The notes below the pieces were generated by a model. That model had not been told where the DNA came from and searched no databases. It saw nothing but the letters and a program-made list of their open reading frames with translations. Shown in pieces: positions 1 to 7,144 of a stretch of DNA of 16,354 nucleotides (position 1 is its first letter; each line of letters starts with the position of its first letter). Source of the stretch: a bacterium (GTDB lineage Bacteria > Bdellovibrionota_C > UBA2361 > CALJRW01); NCBI GenBank assembly GCA_031385045.1, contig JANNBC010000044.1, positions 1 to 16,354 of the forward strand. Reading direction: 5' to 3'. A program made the translations under genes and the position numbers.

Positions 1-141
1 CTAGTATCAATAACTGGATATAAAATTTCTACAATCCGAGGAGAATGCATTCACCTCTGGGATATTGTAGTCCTGACGAATTTGAAGAAATTCACAAGGA
101 AAGTTTATAGGGATTGGTGTCCAAGATTTTGGCGAAGCTCA
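1..141 (+). mobile_element. Right end of a degenerate IS3-family insertion sequence (transposase OrfB C-terminus plus right terminal inverted repeat)
   Basis: Frame 3 reads SINNWI*NFYNPRRMHSPLGYCSPDEFEEIHKESL* (stop 108-110), matching the typical IS3 OrfB C-terminal pattern YIExFYNxxRxHSxLGYxSPxEFE, with an in-frame TAA at 21-23. It is followed by GTGTCCAAGATTTTGGCGAAGCTCA (117-141), resembling IS3-family right ends that finish in CA. Confidence 0.8.
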
Positions 142-486
142 ATGTAGTTTACCTCAAAACGCTCCTTCAGATGCAGAGTGTTCTTCTGATTGTAAGATGA
201 CTTATTGTGGAGATGGAATTATAAATAATGCGGAAGTATGTGATGGTATTTTGCCAGAGTCTGCTCCTGCTGGTGCCGAATGTACATATGAATGCGAGTT
301 GGCATATTGTGGAGATTCTGTAATTAATGCAACTGGCGAAGAATGCGATAGCACTTTAGCCCCAGAGCTATTGGCCATGGGTTATACGTGTGAGGCATGT
401 AAGATTGTAGGTCCAGAATGCCAACGCCAGAACCAACTCTAGCCTGGGCATCTCCAACACCGGAAGAGGATCCAACTCTGTGGTAA
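142..486 (+). pseudogene. 3' remnant of a cysteine-rich repeat protein (Myxococcus Cys-rich/DUF4215-like CGDGxxxxxEECD repeats), interrupted by the IS and probably frameshifted
   Basis: Frame 2 is open upstream of ATG197 with repeat-like sequence (SLPQNAPSDAECSSDCKMTYCGDGIINNAEVCDGILPESAPAGAECTYECELAYCGDSVINATGEECD) starting right at the IS end. After ~420 a Pro/Thr-rich tail PTPEPTLAWASPTPEEDPTLW* continues in frame 1 to a stop at 484-486. Confidence 0.7.
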
Positions 487-910
487 GGATTGTTATTATT
501 CATCAGGCGCAAACGAACTGATATCGGGATATTGATGGTTCTTATTTTTAATTCAAAGTTTATTAGGTTAAGCAGATAGCGATTAATCCAAAATTATCAT
601 GGATTAATCAGAAGCTGGGTTCGTTTAAGTGTCGCTAAGTGCTCTTTGGAAAAGACTATTGATTTTATTAAGTAAATTCCTATCAGCTTCCTCGGGTAGT
701 CACACATCGGTCGGTTAAAGTTCAGAATCTTATCTTCTTCTGCCCCTAATGCTTGATTAGGCAGTGAGAGATTTGTTAAGCTTTCCTCTGGCCTAGTCTT
801 TGGTCGTACACTGTTGTTCGCAAAGACTAAATTTAAAATTTAGATTTCAATCTGAGCAAGTAAAAATATCTCTTGTAAAAGATTTAGAAAGGTATATAAG
901 CAAAATTTAG

Positions 911-1312
911 ATGATCGATCCAACATTGTTAGAAATTGTCCCGCCCGTAAAAATTTACGTTAAAGAATCTCCTGGTAAAGGTTTAGGTGTCTTTGCTCGC
1001 AACCCAATAATGAAAGGGGATGTGGTGGAGGTTGCGCCGGTTCGAGTGCTTTCAGTTAAAGAGCGTGATCATTTAATCAAAGATGTTCCACCACTTGCTG
1101 ACTATGATTTCTATTGGAGTGATCGGCCAGAAGCTTCGGGGGCGATTGCCTTTGGTTATGCTGAGCTTTACAATCATTCTGAAAACCCTAATGTTGATTT
1201 GGTAAGAAGTGAGCAGAACCGAACTATCTCTTTTGTGGCTAAGCAAGACATTCATATCGGGGAAGAACTTTGTTTCGATTATGGGATTGAACTTTGGTTC
1301 GACGCCAAGTAG
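911..1312 (+). CDS. SET domain protein (putative lysine N-methyltransferase)
   Basis: SET motifs GKGLGVFA, YNHS and GEELCFDYG in a 133-aa stand-alone domain. Confidence 0.92.
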   Translation: MIDPTLLEIVPPVKIYVKESPGKGLGVFARNPIMKGDVVEVAPVRVLSVKERDHLIKDVPPLADYDFYWSDRPEASGAIAFGYAELYNHSENPNVDLVRSEQNRTISFVAKQDIHIGEELCFDYGIELWFDAK

Positions 1313-1389
1313 ATTTAAATTAAATTTGGGATCCTTAGTTGCTGGTTTGGAATGTTGAGGATATTCTTCTTTGTACAGAGTTATAATTT

Positions 1390-2649
1390 ATGAAAAAAAC
1401 TAACACTAAGGCTTCCTTGACCGTGATTTCGAAGCCTGATTCCTCTTGCGATACTGCTTCGGCAGAATCTGTTGCCTATATTCAAAAAACTCCCTCCCGT
1501 CGCAGTAAGTCAATTTATGTTAATGCCAGTCCGCGTTCTGTGGAGTTCATGAAGAAAAATTTTCCAAATATTGGACTTGCCGAATGGAACGACTGGAAGT
1601 GGCAAGTTCGTTGTCGTTACCGAACGGCAGAAACTCTTCGCACTATTATTAATTTGGCACCAGCAGAAGAGGAGGCAGTCGTCCGCTACCGACAGTCCTT
1701 GCCACTAGGCATTACTCCTTACTATGCTTCACTACTTGACCCTGATAATCATTTACAGCCGATTCGCAAAACTGTGGTTCCTGTTGTTGATGAATTTACA
1801 ACTACTCCTGGGGAGTCAAAAGACCCTTTGGGGGAGGATGCTGATAGTCCTGTTCCAGGACTGGTTCATCGCTATCCCGACCGAGTACTTTTCTTATCAA
1901 CAGCTTTTTGTTCCGTTTACTGTCGTTATTGCACACGTTCTAGGGCTGTTGGTAATTTTGCTGAGTATAAGTTTAATCGTCAGCAATGGGAGAAGGCTTT
2001 GGAGTATATCGAAAATACTCCAGCCATTAGAGATGTTTTAATTTCTGGTGGAGATGCCTTTGATTTAGCTGATGAACATTTGGAATATTTAATATCTCGT
2101 TTAAAGAAGATTAAGCATGTTGAATTTATTCGCCTAGGAACTAAGGTGCCAGCAGTTTTGCCGCAACGAATTACGCCAGCATTAGTTAAAATGCTAAAAA
2201 AGTATTCTCCAATTTGGCTTAGTTTACATTTTACTCATCCAGATGAGTTAACCCCTGAAACAGCCGAGGCCTGTAACCGCTTAAGTGATGCCGGTATTCC
2301 TTTGGGTAGCCAAACTGTTTTACTGAAAGGAATTAATGATAACTCGGAAACTTTAAAAGAACTCTTTCATGGATTGCTGAAAATTCGTGTTCGGCCTTAC
2401 TATGTATATCAGTGCGATCCGATTGCTGGATCGGCTCATTTTAGGACTCCGGTTGAACAGATGGTTCAGATCATTAAAGAGTTGCGTGGACATACCACTG
2501 GTTATGCCATTCCAACTTTTGTAATTGATGGTCCGGGGGGTGGTGGAAAGATTCCAATTCAGCCACAATACTTGAAAGGTCGCGAAGGGGACAATATCGT
2601 GTTAGAAAATTTTGAGGGTGAGAAATTTTATTACCCAGATCCATTATAG
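1390..2649 (+). CDS. kamA: KamA-family radical SAM/PLP enzyme (lysine 2,3-aminomutase-like)
   Basis: WNDWKWQ, LVHRYPDRVL, radical SAM CxxxCxxC (CSVYCRYC), SQTVLLKGIND, PYYVYQCD and the PLP-lysine motif DGPGGGGKIP. Confidence 0.93.
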   Translation: MKKTNTKASLTVISKPDSSCDTASAESVAYIQKTPSRRSKSIYVNASPRSVEFMKKNFPNIGLAEWNDWKWQVRCRYRTAETLRTIINLAPAEEEAVVRYRQSLPLGITPYYASLLDPDNHLQPIRKTVVPVVDEFTTTPGESKDPLGEDADSPVPGLVHRYPDRVLFLSTAFCSVYCRYCTRSRAVGNFAEYKFNRQQWEKALEYIENTPAIRDVLISGGDAFDLADEHLEYLISRLKKIKHVEFIRLGTKVPAVLPQRITPALVKMLKKYSPIWLSLHFTHPDELTPETAEACNRLSDAGIPLGSQTVLLKGINDNSETLKELFHGLLKIRVRPYYVYQCDPIAGSAHFRTPVEQMVQIIKELRGHTTGYAIPTFVIDGPGGGGKIPIQPQYLKGREGDNIVLENFEGEKFYYPDPL

Positions 2650-2660
2650 AGGTTAATCTT

Positions 2661-3704
2661 ATGTTGATTGGTTTAACTTATGATCTAAAAGAAGAGTACC
2701 TCGCCGAAGGGTTTGGGGAAATGGAAGTTGCTGAATTTGATTCGGAGCGGACTATCGCAGCTCTGGAATCCGCACTTCAAAATCTTGGTCATCAAGTTGA
2801 GAGAATTGGGCATGTGAGATCGCTGACACAAAGATTAGCTGATGGTCAGCGTTGGGATTTAGTTTTTAATATCTCAGAAGGTCTCTATGGCTATGGGCGC
2901 GAAGCTCAAGTGCCGGCTTTGCTCGATGCTTATCGGATACCATATACTTTTTCTGATCCACTAACGCTTTGTCTTAGTTTAAATAAAGCTGTTAGTAAGC
3001 GCATGATGCAGAGCTATGGTTTGCCAACTGCTTCATTTTTTCTTGTTGAAAAATTAGTCGATCTTAATAATCTCACATTACCTTTTCCGCTATTCGCTAA
3101 GCCTGTGGCCGAAGGAAGTAGTAAAGGAGTCTCAGCAGAATCTTGTATTCATAATAAAACTCAACTTAAAAAAACATGCTCTCGCTTATTAAAAGAATTT
3201 AAGCAGCCAGTTTTAGTTGAGAAATATTTATCTGGGGAAGAGTTTACTGTTGGCATGGTCGGTACTGGTGATACGGCAAAGGTGATTGGCATCTTTCAAA
3301 TTATTCTAACTGATCAAGCAGAGCAGGGTGGGTATTCTTACGAAAATAAAGTTAATTACGAAGACCGTGTCAAATATCAAATTTATGAAGGCACTCCACT
3401 CGCCGCTAAGATTAAAAAAATTGCGCTTGCCTGTTGGAGAAATTTAGGTGGCTGTGATGCTGGACGGATTGATATTCGCTGCGATGGAAGTGGGGAGCCT
3501 TATATTCTAGAACTTAATCCACTTGCTGGATTAACTCCTGACTACGGGGATATTATTTTACTTTCGCAGGCAGTTGGTATTAGTTATCAAAAACTAATCT
3601 CTTTAATCATGAGATCTGCCATGCAGCGTTTAAATCTAAATAATGATTCTGATGCGGACTCTCCTTCTAAGCCTGTGGCTGAAGGACAGGTGCTTAATAA
3701 TTAA
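2661..3704 (+). CDS. D-alanine--D-alanine ligase-like ATP-grasp enzyme
   Basis: DLVFNISEG, FAKPVAEGSSKG, LVEKYLSGEEFTVG, GRIDIR and ELNPLAG; AGAGG Shine-Dalgarno-like sequence upstream. Confidence 0.88.
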   Translation: MLIGLTYDLKEEYLAEGFGEMEVAEFDSERTIAALESALQNLGHQVERIGHVRSLTQRLADGQRWDLVFNISEGLYGYGREAQVPALLDAYRIPYTFSDPLTLCLSLNKAVSKRMMQSYGLPTASFFLVEKLVDLNNLTLPFPLFAKPVAEGSSKGVSAESCIHNKTQLKKTCSRLLKEFKQPVLVEKYLSGEEFTVGMVGTGDTAKVIGIFQIILTDQAEQGGYSYENKVNYEDRVKYQIYEGTPLAAKIKKIALACWRNLGGCDAGRIDIRCDGSGEPYILELNPLAGLTPDYGDIILLSQAVGISYQKLISLIMRSAMQRLNLNNDSDADSPSKPVAEGQVLNN

Positions 3705-3707
3705 TTC

Positions 3708-4676
3708 ATGAAAATTGCTGTACTATATACAGAGTTAACAGCTAATAATTCATCCTTTGAAGAATTAAGTATTTTACAGGATGCCGAACAAGTTCGGACT
3801 GTCTTAATTGAGTTAGGGTATGGTTCAATCCTAATTCCTTTTTGTCTCAATGATTTAAGTCGAACAACGGTCTTACTTCGGGAGTACCAACCAGATCTTG
3901 TTTTTAATCTAGTTGATGAAGTTGATGGCGTTCATGAGCTTTCTCACTTACCAACATCTTATCTGACGGCCTTAAGGTTTAAGTATACAGGGTGTAGTGG
4001 AATCTCTTTGGCGCTTACTACTGATAAGGTTTTAGCTAAGGAGATTCTCCTTAAAAATGGTTTACCAACTCCGCCTTGGCTTAGCTATCAAAACATTAGC
4101 AGTGAACCAGTATCCTCAGAAAAGTTTATTGTTAAACATCGTTATCTAGATGGTTCAGCTGGCTTAGATGAGACTAAGTTGCAGTTGTATGCTGATGGGA
4201 AGGAATTACGAGAGCTCTTGTTAGCAGATCCTGATCTAATGGCAGAGGTCTATGTCGATGGTCGAGAGTTTGCCGTACCCGTTTTTAATTATCATGGTGA
4301 GATTTTAATGCCCGGTGCTGCCGAGACGATCTTTAAAGACTTTCCCGCAGATAAATTAAAAGTAGTTGGTGCCTTAGCGAAATGGGAGCCAGCCTCGTTT
4401 GAGTATCAGAATACAATTGCCGAATTTAATTTTTCTGAAAACGATCAGCCATTAATTGATCAGCTAAAACAAATCTCTAGAAAATGTTGGGACGCTTTGC
4501 ATCTTTCTTCCTATGCTCGAGTAGATTTTCGAGTAGATCAGAATAATCGCCCTTGGATCTTAGAGGTGAATGGCAACCCCTCAATTGCAGCTAATGACTG
4601 GGTTGCTTGCGTTGCGGAACTTGCAAGTATTGCCTATCCGGAACTAATTAGATCAATTGTTGAGGTTGCTAAATAG
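3708..4676 (+). CDS. Second D-alanine--D-alanine ligase-like ATP-grasp enzyme
   Basis: PDLVFNLVD, TTDKVLAK, AEVYVDGREF, YARVDFR and LEVNGNP; starts 3 nt after the previous stop. Confidence 0.87.
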   Translation: MKIAVLYTELTANNSSFEELSILQDAEQVRTVLIELGYGSILIPFCLNDLSRTTVLLREYQPDLVFNLVDEVDGVHELSHLPTSYLTALRFKYTGCSGISLALTTDKVLAKEILLKNGLPTPPWLSYQNISSEPVSSEKFIVKHRYLDGSAGLDETKLQLYADGKELRELLLADPDLMAEVYVDGREFAVPVFNYHGEILMPGAAETIFKDFPADKLKVVGALAKWEPASFEYQNTIAEFNFSENDQPLIDQLKQISRKCWDALHLSSYARVDFRVDQNNRPWILEVNGNPSIAANDWVACVAELASIAYPELIRSIVEVAK

Positions 4677-4677
4677 G

Positions 4678-5169
4678 ATGATTAAAAACTCCCTTCCTTT
4701 AATCAGAACTAATTGTCGGCAGGCAGACTTGAGTAGTCTTTTAGATTTGGCCAAGCGTTCTAGGTTTTTTTACGATCATGAGATTTTGGTTTTAAAGAAT
4801 CTTTGTGAAGAGCACTTTCTTTTAGGTGAGGACACCTCGTATCATTTTTTATTATTAAATCAAGGCGGAAGGCTTATTGGTTTTGCTTGTTATGGTTTGA
4901 TTGAAGAGGCTGAAGATAACTACGACTTGTATTGGATGGTGGTAGATCCGGAAGAGCAAAGACAAGGTCATGGAAAGTTACTTCTGAGGGAGTCAGAGTC
5001 AGGAATTCGGGCTTTGGGTGGAAGACAAGTTAACATTGAAACATCCAGTCGGGAATTGTATTTACCAACTAGAAAGTTTTATGAAAGTCAGGGATATCTT
5101 CAGTCAGCTAGCCTGCCAGATTATTACGCTATTGGGGATCATAAGATTTGTTATTATAAGAATTTATAA
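4678..5169 (+). CDS. GNAT family N-acetyltransferase
   Basis: Acetyl-CoA motif A VDPEEQRQGHGKLLL and C-terminal FYESQGY. ATG4678 lies 1 nt after the upstream stop and is preferred over TTG4657. Confidence 0.9.
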   Translation: MIKNSLPLIRTNCRQADLSSLLDLAKRSRFFYDHEILVLKNLCEEHFLLGEDTSYHFLLLNQGGRLIGFACYGLIEEAEDNYDLYWMVVDPEEQRQGHGKLLLRESESGIRALGGRQVNIETSSRELYLPTRKFYESQGYLQSASLPDYYAIGDHKICYYKNL

Positions 5170-5176
5170 CTGAGAT

Positions 5177-5896
5177 ATGAGAATTCACATTGTTATGCAT
5201 GAAAGCTTTGAAGCCCCTGGAGCAATTGCTAAATGGATTAGTAAAAACAACTTAATGGTATCTTATACTCGTCTTTATCAAGGGGATCTTTTCCCTAATA
5301 CTGCGGATGCTTTTGATTTTCTAATTGTGATGGGAGGACCACAATCTCCCGCAACAACTCTAGCTGAATGTTCGCACTTTAATGCGATTAGAGAAATAGA
5401 TTTTATTCGCTCAGCAATTGTCCACGATAAGTTTGTTCTAGGAATTTGTTTGGGTGCGCAGATGATTGGCGAGGCGCTTGGTGCGAAGTTTGACCATAGT
5501 CCAAATCGCGAGATCGGAGTTTATCAATTAACTCTTACTGGGGATGCTAAGCAAGATCCGATCTTCCAGAGTTTTCCAGAAAGTTTTTTAGTTGGTCATT
5601 GGCATGGTGATATGCCAGGCTTAACCGCCGACTCCAAAATTCTAGCTAGTAGTGAAGGGTGCCCTCGTCAGATTGTTCGCTATACTTCTCGGGTTTACGG
5701 TTTTCAATGTCATTTCGAATTTACATCAGAATCAATCGAGGGGATGATTCAAAGTTGTGGACAGGAATTAGTTGACTATCAGCAACTTCCTTTTGTGGAA
5801 ACTTCAGAGCAATTACGTAGTCATGATTATTCAGCAATTAATCAACTACTTTTTCAGTTTCTTGATCAGCTAACAGGTGCTTTCAAAAACAGCTAG
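5177..5896 (+). CDS. Class I glutamine amidotransferase-like protein (stand-alone, GMP synthase glutaminase-like)
   Basis: Oxyanion motif MGGP, nucleophile elbow GICLGAQ, WHGD and the His-x-Glu of the triad in QCHFE. Confidence 0.9.
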   Translation: MRIHIVMHESFEAPGAIAKWISKNNLMVSYTRLYQGDLFPNTADAFDFLIVMGGPQSPATTLAECSHFNAIREIDFIRSAIVHDKFVLGICLGAQMIGEALGAKFDHSPNREIGVYQLTLTGDAKQDPIFQSFPESFLVGHWHGDMPGLTADSKILASSEGCPRQIVRYTSRVYGFQCHFEFTSESIEGMIQSCGQELVDYQQLPFVETSEQLRSHDYSAINQLLFQFLDQLTGAFKNS

Positions 5897-5921
5897 GACA
5901 ATTGAGTATTAAGGAGTTATC

Positions 5922-5950
5922 TTGATTCTCCAATGACTATTTGTGATAAT
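5922..5950 (+). promoter_or_regulatory. Putative sigma70 promoter for the 5959 ORF
   Basis: TTGATT (5922-5927), 17-nt spacer, GATAAT (5945-5950) with an extended -10 TG at 5942-5943. Confidence 0.5.
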
Positions 5951-5958
5951 TACTTCAT

Positions 5959-6909
5959 ATGATTTCTGTAGACCAAATAAATTTACCAGCAGTTGGGGAG
6001 AAGCTTAGTGAGAGCTTTGGTTATGTCTCAGAGAAAAGCTTGTCGCAGGCTAATATAATAGTTATGCCATTGGCCTCTAAGGTGACAGTTTCGGATATTC
6101 GCAAGCTAGCTGGTTGTGAGTCTGGTGAGGTAATAGTTTGTGATTTTAAGATTGAGGGGATTGAGCAAGGCGAGCAACTCCCCAATCTAGCAACATTTAG
6201 TCTAGAAAAAATAATTAATATTGATCATCATGCCAGTTTGGAATCAATGTTTAAGCCGATCTCTAGCGCTAATTTAGCAATTGAGTATGTCCGACTAAAT
6301 GGTGCCGTAAATCCAGAGATTCCAATTGTTGTTAATCACTATGATTGTGATAGCGTGCTATCTGCTCTAATCATGCGTGGGATTTTACCACCACTAGAAG
6401 TTTTTGGAGATGCTGTGATCGCCGCTGATCATACTGGTGTCTCAAACCCAATCGCCGATCTGTTACAGTCTTTTAAAGATCAGCGAGATTTTGAATTTTC
6501 TGCTAGAAACTTGGCTTTGTTTTTAAGGGGTCAAACACTTGAGACTAAAGCTGAGGAATTATTAGCCCAGCGACTGGCAACACGTGATTCTTTGGCTCGC
6601 TTGCCAGCTATAAAAATAGGAGCAGTAGTTTTAATTAAAACTGATGGGCGCGTTGATGCGGAACTATTCCCAGGTGTATATCCTGAAGCTTCTGTAGTGA
6701 TGTCTTATCATCGGCGGGAAGATGATCACTGGGAAGTAAGGCTTAGGCTTTGCAAATCTGCACCCGAGGGCTTAAATCTTCAAAAATTAAATATTAGAAG
6801 TATCGATCCCGCTTTTGGTGGACGTTGGAATGCGGGATCTAATGAGCGTGGCGGTGGCACGGCACTTGACCCCCAAGAGTATGCTAGGAGATTAAGTCTT
6901 TTGCTCTAA
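5959..6909 (+). CDS. Hypothetical protein, DHH phosphoesterase-like
   Basis: 316-aa ORF with IDHHA, NHYDCDS, AADHTG and C-terminal FGGRWNAGS motifs. Confidence 0.6.
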   Translation: MISVDQINLPAVGEKLSESFGYVSEKSLSQANIIVMPLASKVTVSDIRKLAGCESGEVIVCDFKIEGIEQGEQLPNLATFSLEKIINIDHHASLESMFKPISSANLAIEYVRLNGAVNPEIPIVVNHYDCDSVLSALIMRGILPPLEVFGDAVIAADHTGVSNPIADLLQSFKDQRDFEFSARNLALFLRGQTLETKAEELLAQRLATRDSLARLPAIKIGAVVLIKTDGRVDAELFPGVYPEASVVMSYHRREDDHWEVRLRLCKSAPEGLNLQKLNIRSIDPAFGGRWNAGSNERGGGTALDPQEYARRLSLLL

Positions 6910-7144
6910 AGGTTGCTGGAGTGACTTTTAGTAAAGGAGTTTTTTTAACTCTTTCTAGTAATAATAAAGAGATGTCTTACGAAGCTACATTGTAGCTAAA
7001 ATCTTGATCATGCCAAGCTAAGTCTATTAAAGGAACAAGGGTCTCTGTTAACTTTAACTTCTGATTTACATAAAAACTGATTGTCCAGGCGGTTAATTCA
7101 GTCCATACTTATTAGATGGTTTTTGTAAGTATTGAACTATTCCT

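Noticed and set aside
197..512. 81-aa Cys-rich ORF as a RiPP precursor for the radical SAM/ATP-grasp cluster, and the 324-512 minus ORF
   Set aside because: The repeats continue upstream of the ATG to the IS end, so it is a gene fragment. KamA-type enzymes act on free amino acids. The minus ORF is a shadow frame.
1073..2568. Short ORFs 1073-1255, 1724-2041 and 2353-2568
   Set aside because: Alternative frames inside the SET and kamA genes.
2661..4676. Vancomycin-resistance ligase cluster
   Set aside because: No vanH/X/R/S-like genes in the window, and the ligases lack the Ddl/Van N-terminal motif.
6934..6954. Terminator after the DHH-like gene (AAGGAGTT/AACTCTTT)
   Set aside because: Weak AT-rich stem without a clear U-tract; not enough support.
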